From: Octopus vulgaris
Lineage: Eukaryota
Reading direction: 5' to 3'
NCBI GenBank assembly: GCA_951406725.2
Contig: OX597815.1
Location: 165,850,001-165,914,000, forward strand
DNA: 64,000 bases
The notes under the pieces are model-generated. The model saw only the letters and a list, made by a program, of their open reading frames with translations. It did not search any database and was not told the origin of the DNA. The position numbers and the translations under genes were made by a program. Positions 26,944-40,670 of this stretch are shown here, in pieces (the first letter of the stretch is position 1; each line of letters starts with the position of its first letter).

Positions 26944-27646
26944 TTAAAAACGCAATATATGATGGAGAGAGACCAAACTTATCCCTTCCCTCTAAAATAT
27001 ATTATGTTTTTAAATACAACACATTCTTAAAAGATTCTCTGGATGAATACCTCAGTAAATTGCTTTTCAGTGATGTATTTACATTAAGTATGATACATAG
27101 ATGGCTATTTTAATTTAATACTATTTCTTTTTCATATAATGATTATTAAATAACTCAGTGTTTAAATTAACAATTAACAACCATCTTTATTTCAGCTCAG
27201 AATAAATAGCAATATGACGGGGTCTTATTTATAATATAGTAGGTGAAAAACTAATTTGAAAAACTCTATCAACTTAAATTTTCTCAAGTAATTAATTGAA
27301 AAAATATCCTCCTCAGAAATTTCAATCAACAGATTTTTTTTGAGTTATTTCTCTTCCTTGATGTTAAATTTCTACACCCCTAGAGGTGTAGAGATTTTCT
27401 TTAATAATTACTTGGATATTCTTAGTTGATTGAAGTTTTTCAACTCACTATGTTACATATGCGTGACCCAGACATAGTTATTTTTAGTATTAAGAACATT
27501 CCTCTAAGGTATTTTCCCCACCATCATATTGTAGATACTATAATGAATAAAAGTGATTTGAACCATGATTAAAATGAACCAGTTAAATACTTATGATGAC
27601 CAGCCACTTGTAATATCTTCAGTATTTCTATTCCCACTATATTTCA

Positions 27647-29535
27647 GGGTGCTATGCCTTTTCATCCGACGTCACTTTGTCAAACGTCTTTTCATCTGAT
27701 GTCTTTTTGTCTGATGTTTTTTTTAAATTTTTTGTCCAATGACTTTTTGTCCAATTTTAAATAAATTCTTTAGAAAACAAGGTGAAATATCTCTAATGAT
27801 ATATTTACAGCACTATAAAGAGCCTCATTATAGGATTGCTATTATCGTTCGTTTTCCTTCTCTGTTAAGAGTTTTACTTTCTCTTTTTCCTTCTCTCTCT
27901 GCTGTGTATAGAGAGTGCTGCAGATTTAGTGTACACATTTTTAATTTACCCATCCTGAAATGACAAAGTTCATAGCATCGACCAAAAACAAAAGAAAAGT
28001 AGTTGATGAAAGTAGTTACATCTACGATTTTCATTCAAGCATTACAACACAGGAAAAGAATGCTGGAGATGTGAGAAAAGAAGGTTGTGTTCATGTGAAT
28101 TCACACGGTAACGAAAAACAATGAGCTAAAAATTATTTATCTTTCTAGTAAGCACCTTCATCCAGCTGATGTAGATTCGTTAAATGCTAGAAAAGCAATT
28201 GCAGAAATAAAGCATGAAGCGGTGGAAAACATAGCTGCAAGTTCGTGTAGCATAACCACAGCTAAGTTTACGCTGCTAACAGAAAATACTTACTCTGAAC
28301 TTCCTGATTTGCCTGTACTTTCAAGGACCATACAAAGGTACCAACAAAAAACTTCTGGATTTCCCTCTAATCCAGGAGCTTGAACTGGTTTTGAAATACC
28401 TGAAGAATATTGCAAACTTGATAATGGCGAACAGTTTTTGAGATACGATTCGGGTATTGAGGATCAACACTGCATACTAGTATTTGCATCACAAAGTGCT
28501 CTTCAAGATATAGCATAATATTGTCATTGGGCATGTGATGGAATGCTCAAAATTGTGCCAGAACAATGGTTTCCACGGATCTTCGCATTACTGCCGAATA
28601 AAACAAAGCAGACATAAATTATTTTTTTGAGCAATTGAAAATTATGCAACCTAATGTATATCCATTTGATCTCATGGCATATTTCGAAGTTGCTGTTCAT
28701 AAGGCAGTTAATTCATCAGTCTCTAATTTATTTATCGTGGCATGTTTGTTTCATTTGAGCCAATCAGTATTTCAAAAAATTAGATTTAGGCCTCAAAGAA
28801 AAATACATTAAAGACTCTGAATTCCGTCTTAAAATTCAGTGTTTTTCAGCCTTAGCCTTCCTACCCACTGAAGATGTTGAAGAGGCCTATGAAGAAATAC
28901 CTGCTGAATCCATTGCTTACTTTGACTTAATTTACATAGGTATTGTTAGAGCATGTGGTGCTAGATGGAGGAGAGAACCTCCTACATTCCCGATTGCTGT
29001 ATGGAATGTTAATCAGCCTATTCTTTAAGATCTTCCCAGAGCAAATAATGCTGCAGTGGGGTTCATTCTGCAATGAAGTGTTCAGCAGAAGGAGCACATT
29101 TGAATATTTGAAAATTAATCAGAACTCTGAAAAAAGAGGAAGGGTTCGTTCAAGGTAAAATAATTCAAATTCTTCGAGGAGATCCATCAAATTCATGTTC
29201 ACGATATCGAAGAATAACTGAATGCCTCAAAAGACTGGTCTTTGAATATGGGTCAACAAGAAAAATTGATTTTTTGAAGAAGGTGGCATATAATTTGCAT
29301 CAGTTTTAAGTGATCATAATAAATCATTAGTTATATCTTATTACTTTTTTAAAATGACTTTTTTTTAAATACATTTTTCCATAGTATTTTACTCGAATCC
29401 TATCAATAAAATTCTCAATGATTATTTGATTTTCATGTTCACCTTGTTTTCTAAAGAGTTTATTTAAAGTTGAACAAAAATAAATCATCAGACAGACATT
29501 GGACAAAGTGACATCAGACAAAAAATCGGGTTATG
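27647..29535 (+). mobile_element. Decayed Mutator-like (MULE) DNA transposon with transposase pseudogene (about 27960-29309)
   Basis: FLYWCH-like start (YIYDFH...CWRCEKR), WACDGMLKIVP, FEVAVHKAV, ACLFHLSQSV; many stops and frameshifts; imperfect long TIRs (about 27661-27786 and 29438-29530) sharing TAAATAAAYTCTTTAGAAAACAAGGTGAA. Confidence 0.85.
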
Positions 29536-29689
29536 ATATTTCAGCCAGTGTTTTCTTCAGTCATTTTATATATTCCGTACTATATTATTAAAACTTAGAT
29601 TTTTTATACAGTTCTTAAATGTTCTTATTCTTTCCTTAAGACAGTTATTTTATCAAATTCGGAGATTATTGAAATTATTTTGTAATTCT

Positions 29690-30595
29690 CTCTTAGTCTC
29701 ACACAAAGCCAACAATTTCCAGTGGAGCGGATAAGTTGATTACATCAACCCTAGTACTTCACTGGTACTTTATGTTATCAATCTTGAAAGGAAAGACAAA
29801 GTTGACCTGAGTGACATTTGAACTCAGGACATAATGAATTGGAAGAAATACTACTAAGCCTTTTGTTCAACATGCTTGTGACTCTACCCGCTCTCTGCCC
29901 TTTTTTTTTTTTTGTTTCAATAATTGCTTCAAATTTTGGCTCTAGGCAAACAGTTTTGAGGAGAGGGGTTAGTTGATGATATTGACTCTGGTGCTTGACT
30001 GATTCTTATTTGATTGACCTCCTGAAAGAATAGAAGACAAAGCTGCATTTGAACATGAAAAGCCGGAGGAAATGCCACTAAGCATTTTGTCTGGTGTACT
30101 AATGATTCTGCCAGGTCACTGCCTTACCTTTTAGTTTAATAATGGTTTCAAATTTTTGGCACAAGGCCAGCAATTTCAGGGGGTTGGAATAAATTGATTA
30201 CATCAACCCCAATGCTCACCTGATACTTATTTTATCAACCCTGAATGGATGAAAGGCAAAGTTGACCTCAGCAGCATTTGAACTCAGAATGTAAAGATGC
30301 ACACAATACTGCTAAGCATTTTGCCTGGCATGCTAATGATTCTGCCAGCTCATCATCTTATCTTTTGGTTTAATAATCCATTCTACTATAGACACAAGAC
30401 CTGAAATTTGTTGGGAAGGAGTAAGTTGATCACATCGACAACCAGTACTTGGCTGGTACTCAATTCATTGACCCTAAAAAGATGAAAGGCAAAGTTGACC
30501 TCGGCAGTATTTGAACTCAGAACATAAAGACAGATGAAATATCACTAAGCATTTTGCCTGGTGTGCTGAGGATTCTGCCGGCTCATCACCTTACT
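29690..30595 (-). mobile_element. Head-to-tail cluster of 4 SINE family B copies
   Basis: Period of about 230 bp, with similar junctions (CCTTAC.TTTTAGTTTAATAAT). Confidence 0.85.
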
Positions 30596-30677
30596 TTTTA
30601 GTTTAATAATACCAGTTATTTTGTGCTGATATCTACATGACAACTTCTGGATACTTTATATGGATACAAGCTCTTAA

Positions 30678-30886
30678 CCCTTTCGCTACCGTATTTATTT
30701 TGAGATGCTCTGTGTTTCTTTCCATTATTTTAAATATAACAAAGAATTTAGTAAAATAACTTAGTTATCATTAAGCTAGTGTTAGGAACATAAATTATGA
30801 CTAAGGTTTGGTGGAAGATTTTAATTCAAAACTTATGAAAACAAGACATTTGTACTCAGATGTCAGCCGGGTTGGTAATGAAAGGG
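30678..30886. mobile_element. piggyBac-type MITE
   Basis: TTAA on both sides; TIRs CCCTTTCGCTACC / GGTAATGAAAGGG; the same family lies in opposite orientation at 1-268. Confidence 0.85.
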
Positions 30887-32892
30887 TTAAACAGGGTTTC
30901 ATATTTTCTTCAACGTGAATTGCAAATGTGAATTAGTCTCGGATATATTTTACCTGTAAAATAAGCTTTGTCCAATAATTGACATATGGTTTCCGCATTG
31001 ATATCAAGTATATCTTTACAATATCCTGAATTATTGTTTCATCTCTAAGTAGGGTTTTCAAAAAGAAAAAAGAAATAAATAGCCAAATAGAACTAAATGA
31101 CTGACAGTAACTATCTTCAAAGTATTTGATATACAATAGCCAGTTCATTGCTCCAAGAATAGTTACTACATTAAAATATAATTTGAATTGCTACTTGTCT
31201 TCTCTAAATATATTTGATGATTGCTAATTACTATTTCAAAATATAACTGTCATATTTATTTTTAAAATTTGACAAGTAAAGATCAATTGTTTTTAAGAAG
31301 TATTAATTACATTACAGATAGTTGGCAGGCTATATAATTTTTTGCTTTTTAATTTTGGTACTAGGCCAACAGCTGTGAGGGGAGAGGAAGTCAATTACAA
31401 CAACCCTGGGGTTCAACTAGTAGTTATTTTATTGACTCCAAAAGGATGAAAGGCAAAATCAATCTTGGTGGAATTTGAACTCAGAATGTAAAGCCAGAAA
31501 AAACACTTTATTCTTTTACTTGTTTCAGTCATTTTACTGCAGCCATACTGGAGCACTGCCTTTTTGTCAAAGAAATTGACCCCAGGGCTTATTCTTTATA
31601 CACTTGGTACTTGGTACTTATTCTATTGGTCTCTTTTGCCAAACCACTAAGTTACAGGTAAATAAACACACTAGCATTGGTTGTCAAGCAATGGGATGGG
31701 GGAGAGGACACAGACAAAGACACATACACACACAAATATATATATATATGGCCTGCTCGCTTAGCCAGCGGGGTGGCATCATTTAAAGGCTAAAACAATG
31801 CGAAGCACATTGTGACCAGCGATGTGTAGCAACATCTGATAGCCTGGTCGGTCAAAAAAAAAAAATATATATATATATATACGATGGGTTTCTTTCAGTT
31901 TCCATCTACCATATCCGTTTACAAGGCCTGAGGCTATAGTAGAAGACACTTGCTTAAGGCGCCACACAGTGGGACTGAACTCGGAACCGTGTGATTGGGA
32001 AGCAAGCTTCTTCCCACACAGCCACACCTACACCTATGCATTTTATCTGGCATTCTAACGATACAGCCAACTCACTGCCTTAGCTAACTGTATAATTAAA
32101 AGCTCATTGATTTTATCAGTTGCTATATTATAAAACCCTTGTTATAGATTTCTTGTATGTTCAATTAAAATTTATGATTTTACTTTCTTTATACAAACAC
32201 AATAGCAGACACGCCCCACAAAAAAAAAACTTAACCAAAATAAAGATAAAATAACAACTGTCTGATTTGTTAATTATCTCTTAGTTAATAAATCCCTTTA
32301 TATCATTTTCTTATTCTCTATAAAATGTTTTTCTAATGCAACACTATTTCTTGTTTGTCTCCTTCTGACGAAGACTGAAGTATTGATGCTGAATCGTGAG
32401 CTGATATTAATTTCTTTATTGTTTTCTGTGAGTCTGAAGTGTTATATACACATATACTTCAATTGTTGTGTTATTTATTTCCTTATGTACTGTAGTGCAC
32501 TAATAATGTAGTTGCTGTTTTAAAGTTTGCCTATTTTGCCTTTAAAATCATGCATGCATAATATCCTTTTTTTTTTTGTAAGAAATATTTATGTTTTAGT
32601 TAATGTTTTTCAAAGATTATGCTTTCATGTGCATTAGACGTGTTTTAGATCTATAGAATGGTTTAACGGGGGTGAAGAGAAATGAAGAAGTCAGAAATAA
32701 AGTTCTTTGGATATTGTCATCAGTATTATTATAATTACTATAATAATAATCCTTTCTACTATAGGCATAAGGCCTGAAGTTTATGGGGAAGCAGTTAATT
32801 GATTACATCAACCCCATCACTGAACTGGTACGTATTTTTTTACTCTGAAAGGATGAAAGGCAAAATTAGTCTTGGTGGAATCTTAATAGTCG

Positions 32893-32923
<31 letters not shown>

Positions 32924-33209
32924 TTAACGTCCGCTTTCCATGCTGGCATGGGTTGGAAGATTTGACTAAGGACCTGTGAACCAGATGGCTGCACCAGGCT
33001 CCAATCTGATCTGGCAGAGTTTCTACAGCTGGATACCCTTTTTAATGCCAACCACTCCGAGAGTGTAGTGGGTGCTTTTACGTGCCACCAGCACAAGGGC
33101 CAGTCAGGCAGTACTGGCAACAGCCTCACTCAAATGGTGTTTTTTACATGCCACCTGCACAGGAGCCAGTCCAGCGGCACTGGCAATGACCTCAGTAATA
33201 ATAATAATT

Positions 33210-34270
33210 GGATATAAGAACTAGGAAGCTACATACAATGCATAATGTGCACCATCCTCAAAGTTATATCAACAAGTTCTGCTTACCAAAGTGGGAACAA
33301 AGTAGAGTTTTGCTAAGTACAGAAGACACCATTAGTGATAAAATGTAAAGATACCATCTCGAGTCATGCTCATAAGGGCGGGTTTCTTGGCTGGGATGCT
33401 AGTCCATCACAGGATTACTCACTTTTGTTAGCTGAGTGGATTGGAGCAATGTGAAATGTAGTGTTTTGCTCAAGAACACAACACGTCACCTGGTCCAGGA
33501 ATCGAAACTACAATCTTATGATCATGAATCCAACACCCTAACCACTAAGCCAGATGCCTCCACATGCCATTAGTGTTGTGGTATTGGGTTTGAAACAACT
33601 ATTTTGTGAGTAGTGAATAAAGAACATTATCTGCAACCAGAAATATCCAAAAAGTTGTTGAAACACTAAGAGAATTCAAGAACAGGAAGAAGAACAACAC
33701 AGCTGGAAAGAGAAGGAATTACATGGTCAATTTATGCAACAAACCGGGGTTGCTGGAGGTGACAGTTAATGGTTGTGACTGAGAGATGGAAACTCAAACT
33801 GAGAAACTGAATTCCTAATTGTTGCCTCTCAAGAACAAGTCATTAGAATGAATTTAATAAAGACAAAGTTTGATAAAACTCAGTCAGAGAGCAAATACAG
33901 ATTATGTGGAAAGCGAGTCAAAAGTATTAAACTTCTAAGTAAATGCAATAAGCTAGCACAAAACGAGTGTAAGCATAGGTATGACTGTTGATAAAATGGT
34001 GCAATGGGATGCTAGCTAAGTTTGTGAATTTGAAGTGTTGGAAAAGTGATATGAACTTAAGCTAGAGATAGTGATTATGAATGATAATTACAGGGTTTTA
34101 TGGGATTTCTCCATTGAGGTTGACTATAATATTGACTCAAAGAGGCCAGATATGATCTTAGAGAACTGAAGAAAAAGAAAAACAATATAATATTATAGGT
34201 TTTGCAATACCATGTAATAGTAGAATGGATATCAAAGGAACTGAGAATCATAAGGACCTAGCCAAAGAAA
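33210..34270 (+). pseudogene. Degenerate R4/Dong-like (restriction-like endonuclease) non-LTR retrotransposon fragment, with a SINE fragment inserted at about 33375-33565
   Basis: Broken translations TRKL.TMHN..HP, SWKEKELHGQF, LIVASQEQVI, YRLCG, VLWDFSI..D..KRPDM. Confidence 0.75.
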
Positions 34271-35232
34271 TCATCATCATCATTGTTTAACGTCCGCTTT
34301 CCATGCTAGCATGGGTTGGACGATTTGACTGAGGACTGGCAAACCAGATAGCTGCACCAGGCTCCAATCTTGATCTGGCAGAATTTCTACAGCTGGATGC
34401 CCTTCCTAACACCAACCACTCCGAGAGTGTAGTGGGTGCTTTTACATGCTACCGGCACGAGGGCTAGTCAGGCAGTACTGGCAATGACCACGCTCAAGTG
34501 ATGAAGAAGTTATAGACACAAAAGGGGAAATTCTTGAGATTTGAAGAGCTGTTGTCACCAAACCTCAGGACAACATTGCAGCTGATTCAGTTAGCATATG
34601 ATAACGATAAAGATGATGCTGATGACAACTGTTTTAAATTTTGCTACAAGTCCAGCAATTTTGAGGGGAGGGAGCAAGTTGATTACTTGATATCCTCCAC
34701 CCCCACCCCATACTTGACTGGTACTTTATTTTATTGACCCTGAAAGGCAAAGTTGATTTCTGTGAAATTTTAACTCCGAGTGTAGCCAGCAGATAGAAAT
34801 ATTACAAAACATTTCTTTCTAATGATACTGCCAGCTTGATGCCAATGATAATAATAATAGTGATGATGATGGTGATGTTAATGATGATGATGATGAATTT
34901 AATGATGACAATGAAGAGAAGAAGAAGGATGATGATACTGAGGAATTTTCTTCCACTACTGCTACTCTTGCTGCTACTACTGCTTTTACTAATAATAGTT
35001 ATGGTTTCAAATTTTAGCACAAGGCCTGCAATTTTTTTTTTTTTTGGAGTGGGGGTTCAGTTGATTACATTGACCCCAATGCTTCCCTGGTACTAATTTT
35101 GTCAATCTCAAAAGGGATGAAAAGCAAAGTCAACCTCAGTGGAATTTGAACTCAGAATGAAATGCTACTGAGCATTTTGCCCAGCATGCTAACAATTCTG
35201 TCAGCTCACCGCCTTCTGCTAATAATAATAAT

Positions 35233-36095
35233 GAGGCCAGCAATTCTTTGATAAAGCCATGTTACATGAGGTCTAATCAAAGACGAAAACCTGTTAGCTG
35301 TATGGATTGACTATAAGAAGGCATCTGACAGTGTGCTACACTCCTGGATAGAGGAACTTCAAGATGTACAGTCTGCTTGACAATCATGAAATTCATTGCA
35401 GAAAGTATGAAGACCTGGATGACTAACTACCCTAAATTTCTATCATGCAAATGGATCATGAACATTAAAACCACTCGATATAAGGAGCAGCATGTTCCAT
35501 GGAGTCTCATCAACATCACAGCTCTTTTGACCTGCTTTAGAACCACTCAGCAATCTCCTGAACAACTATGGCCATAGGTACAAGTCACAGAACCACCTGT
35601 TCTATATTGATGACCTCAAGATATTTATGAAGGCTGACTGTCAGCAAAGATGGTTACTGTTGTCAAGATCTTCAATGACAATATTGGAATGGAATTCAGA
35701 ATTGAAAAATTACTTAAGTGAAGACATACTAGTTGCAGAATCAGAAGGTCTTATTATCACTTTACTATGGTCTTGCTGCTAGACCCTATTTCCATCACTT
35801 CATCAAGTATGGAGTAGATCGACAATGCAGGATATTTAGAAAATATAAAGAAATCATTGATCACATTGGCTCTAGATGCCTGGAACTAGCAACAACCATA
35901 TATGTTCTCAGACATAACAAAGCAACAGCATATCCACACAGGAAAATATGCAGGAGTTATAAAATTAAGATAACTGAGAATTAGTATGAACATCAACCAT
36001 ACATTATCACTGACAAAGAGATAAAAGCCAACAAGCCTGACATTATTATCAAGGACAGGATGTGGATACTTATCAGCAGTGCAATACCTTCCAAG
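35233..36095 (+). pseudogene. Second degenerate R4/Dong-like fragment (RT and RLE pieces, internally deleted)
   Basis: WIDYKKASDSVLHSWI, NHLFYIDDLKIF, DHIGSRC..LA...Y..RHN, KANKPDIII. Confidence 0.75.
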
Positions 36096-39000
36096 CTCTC
36101 TTATTTTCCAAATTGTAAAAGATCTCTTCTAATTTTTGAGAATGCATGTTTTCCCCATGAGCACCAGTCTACTTATGAAGTCTAAATTTCAATTTTGCTC
36201 ACCTTACCAATCTTGGAAGATCTACCTTTAAGGGTCATTGTTTTTTGTTTTTTTTTCTTTTTTCTTTAGCATAAGTAAAATAGCACCTTTTAGCAAGTTT
36301 AATAACGTTGAACATGTGAAATAAGTATTAGATGTAATGTTCTGAAAAATAAGTTTTAGCAGAAAAAAATCTGTTCTGTTGTTTAGCTGAGAACATCTGT
36401 AGGGGGAGATATGGGGAGGAGGACTACTACAAAAGTAAATATATAAATAAATAAATAAAAAAAAAATAGAATAAAATACAAAGAAGAATTCTACACACAT
36501 TTGTGCATGAATGTTGTGCTTATATTTGTGTTATACATGTGTGCTTTTGTTATTTGTATGTGTTTTGTTAATTTGTAAGAAAATTATTTCTTCAGTGAAT
36601 CTTATTAAGATAAGGCTGTTAATAATATTAATAATAATGATGATAATAATAATATAAAATTGATAATGATAATAATGATTTCTTTTGTTATAGAGTGTTG
36701 TAGTTTTGTTTTCTTTCTAATCTTATTATTTTGCAGAAAAAAAGAATGGATGTAATTGCTTTTATTAATGTTTTTTTTTTTCATATATTCTTAATTTGTT
36801 TTTACTTTATCACTGCATGGCTTTTTTAGTTAGCTCTCTTATGTGTTGCTGTATATATTATATGTTTAATTACATTTGCATGTCATTTTGTTATTAGAGA
36901 AAGACTCATTATTGAATTGGCTTATTTTATAGTCCTTTTGTATAAGTAACAAACACAATTATCTCTAAAGTAAATTTATTTGATTCTCTTCTGTGGAATA
37001 TACCAAATTTTCCTTTGTGTTTATTCTATTATTTCATTCATTATTTGAAAGCAATTTGAAACTCCAGAGAGAAATATTCAATTAATTGATATGGTTTTCA
37101 AGTGTAAAACACAATAATAACATATTTCCTTGCTGGTATTTTTCTTAAACATAAGATTATTAAAGTTAATTATAGTATGTTGTGTCTATACTGTAGTAAG
37201 TCTCTTTTCAATAGGCTTTAATATTTATATTAGTGTCATTTAAAAAGCATCTAGTCCTCTCTGTAAAGTGGTTGACTTTAAGAAGGGCATCCAACCATAA
37301 AAATCTTGCCAAAGCAGACCTCACTTGCACTGGTGCCACTGAAAAGCTCCCAGTCCACTCTGTAAAGTGGTTGGTGTTAGGAAGGGCATCTAGCTGTAAA
37401 AACCATGCAAAGCAGACAAGCTTGGTGCAGTCCTCTAGCTTACCAGTTCCTATCAAACCATCCAGCCCATGCCAGCACAGAAGACAGATGCTAAATGACG
37501 ATGATGATGAAATTTTTATGCTTTTAGAAGAGCGTGTTTCAGTGAGGTGTTCATTTCTTCTGTACATTGGTAAAAGACACCAGAAATATCAAAAATATTT
37601 TCTGCACTTCTCAGTTTGTAATGTGGCTTTGATCCTGCATTTTAACCTATCCTTTGATATGGTAATTGGATTTATGCTGTATTTGGATACAGGAGTTGAA
37701 TTACTATTCATCATCATCATCATCATCGTTTAATGTCCGCTTTCCATGCTAGCATGGGTTGGACGATTTCGACTGAGGGCTGGTGAACCAGATGGCTGCA
37801 CCAGGCTCCAATCTTGATTTGGCAGAGTTTCTACAGCTGGATGCCCTTCCTAACACCAACCACTCCGAGAGTGTAGTGGGTGCTTTTTACATGCCACCAG
37901 CATAGGGGCCAGTCAGACGGTACTGGCAACGACCTCGCCCGAATCTTTATACACATGCCACCAGCACAGGTGCCAGTAAGGCAATGTTGGTAACGATCAC
38001 ACTCGAATGGTGCCCTTTTATGTGCCACTGGCACGGAAGCCAGCTGGTTGCTCTGGTAATGATCACTCTCGGATGGTGCTCTTGACACCCTACTAGCACA
38101 GGCACAAGTGCCTGTAAGGCGACTATTAACATGTGCATAAAATCAAATTGTTATGGTGCATTCTCCTGTCATAAATGGCAGAAAGGTTTAGTATGAACTG
38201 AAGATCATATTGAGCCACTGGTTTGCTAACCATTCTGCACAGACAATTTGTTTATAGTGATCAAATGTTTGTACTGCACATTTGTTAACTCCCAGCATCA
38301 AATTGACATTGCCTGCTGTACCACACACCAGATGTCAAAGTAATCATAGACCCACTCAATACTATTCGGCTTCATTTACTTTACTGATCTCAGAATAGTA
38401 TAGTATCTTTTCTAACAGATTGTTCCAGGCATTGAACAGAATTTTGATGGCAATATATATATGTGTGTGTGTGTGTGTGTGTAAAGATAAGATCCAAAGA
38501 TCAAGGTGTAGGAGGTTAGTAAGCTTTGAGCATTCTGTAGAAGGCATAAAGAACAACTTTCAGGAACACTAGTGGTTTATTGACATAGAAGGTTGTAAAT
38601 TTTACCCTTATCAAAGTTTGATAAGCTGAAAAATGTTAATTCATAGTCTATGGTTAGCAGCTGAAGTTGCTGTGTTTGTGTGAATAAAAACCAAAATTAG
38701 GGAATCAAGTAGATAGAATCCAGACTACACATGTTCCATAGCTAGCAGAATCTTGGAAGTAATAATTACCAAAATGAGGTGTAATCTACTAGTTATGCGT
38801 CGGGTCAATGATACCTTAATCAAATGAAGTTTACATTGTCATCAAACGCATGTTTTGAGAAAAAGTTACTAACCCAGTACTCAAACCTCTTCTTGAGGAA
38901 TAGAACAGAACATGCATGTTAAAAGAATAAAACTTAGAATCACAAGCCAATGAAACACTCATCAATTTGAGGAATTTTTTACTCTATTATACTAATCAGC

Positions 39001-39779
39001 TAAGCTGCTCTGTGGTAAGCTTCTCAAAGGAAGGTGACTCTGTCAGTGACATGATACCGACAAACTTCTTGGCACTCTCACAATGGAGATTGCTTGTGTA
39101 AATTTGCTTGTATTCGGTGCAGGCATGGTGGTGTAGTTAAGATGTCTGCTTCATGATCATGAGATTTCTGGTTCAATCTCACTGAGTGATACCTTAGGCT
39201 GGTATCTTTTATTATAGGTTTAAGTTGGCCCAAGCCATGTGTGTAATATTTGATAGATAGAGACTGTTGAATTGACCGTATTTGTAATTCAAAGGGCTGG
39301 CTTTGCCTCACACTGTATCATGCTGATTGTGACTGAGGATTACGTTAAGAGTGTACATGTCTAGGAATACTCAGCCACTTACATGATAAAGGAATGAATA
39401 ATGAATATGAATATGTGTTGATTAAACAGACAAAATGCTCATTGTCAAAACTGATGGAAGAGACATTTATTATGTTTAGTTTATATTGGTTTTGTCTTGC
39501 ACAGTGAGAGACATGAAAATGTGTTGAATGCATTGTGAGTTAAAGCATTGATTGGATATGGAGTAGTATGTCAATGTGTCTTAGTTGACAGTATAATTTG
39601 GTGAGTTTTAAGAGTGCCTATTTATGGTCAGGTATACACAATTCTGTGCATGGCTTAGCGGTTAGGATATTCAGCTTATGACCATTAGGTCATGATTTCA
39701 ATTCCTGGCAATGCATTGTGTCCTTGAGCAAGACATTTTATTTCATGCTGTTCCAATCCACTCAGCTGGCAAAAACAAG

Positions 39780-39868
39780 AAAGGCCAGCCTTGTCACTCA
39801 AAGGGCCAGCCTTGTCACACTCAAAAGGCCAGCCTTGTCACACTCAAAGGGTCAGCCTTGTCACACTC
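39780..39868 (+). repeat. Four tandem copies of a ~23-bp unit inside a tRNA-derived SINE (about 39648-40012)
   Basis: AAGGGCCAGCCTTGTCACACTCA x4 with minor variants. Confidence 0.9.
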
Positions 39869-40442
39869 TGTGTCATGCTGAATCTCCCTGAAGACTGTTA
39901 AGGGTACATGTGTCTGTGGAGTGCTCAGCTACTTGCACATTAATTTCATGAGCAGGCTGTTCCGTGGATTGGATCAACTGGAATCCTTATTGTAACCGAC
40001 AGAGTGACAGTTTATACACAATTCTTTATTTTGATGAATTATTCTATCTTATTGGTGCTAGGTTTACCCAAAATACATTGCATATTTCGATAAAAACAAA
40101 ATGTGTTGCATTTGTCCGAGCAGGTTAGCTAACTAGGCCAAAACGTTTGCGCTCAAATTTGCATTTCCTTGTTTTCATATATAGAACAGTATTTAAATGA
40201 TGTGAAAGTTTTCAATGCCTTGTTATTAGACTTATAATACAATCTCGAAATCAATAAGATAACTCTCCCAGGAACCAGTACTCTTAATTTGTCATTTGGC
40301 AGAAATGGGTTGATATAAAAAGGATAATGTTAGAAGCTAAAAAAAAAAGAAATCGCACATAGAAATTTCCATTATTTTAGGAAACCAATCTCATTTCATT
40401 TACTGATTTATCATTGTATTTTTTACTCTGCTATATTTCAAG

Positions 40443-40670
40443 ATTCTACTATTCAAATAGAAGACTTCCAGCACATGCCATTTCAACGTCGACGCTTGGT
40501 TACAGGTGATCAAGGGCAGCTATTAAAAACTAACAACATCCAGGAACCTCTACAAGGTACAGGGGATAGAAAAGATACTTTGACTGAAAGTCTGGAAGCA
40601 GCATCAGCTGCAGCAAGCTGGAAGAGAATTTTACTGTTGATTGTTGCTGTAACAATTCATAACATTCCAG
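40443..40670 (+). CDS. SLC39A11: ZIP11 exon (228 nt), loop end and TM4
   Basis: (D)STIQIEDFQHMPFQRRR...ASWKRILLLIVAVTIHNIP; phase 1/1; donor CAG|GTACAG; acceptor position inferred from phase. Confidence 0.92.
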
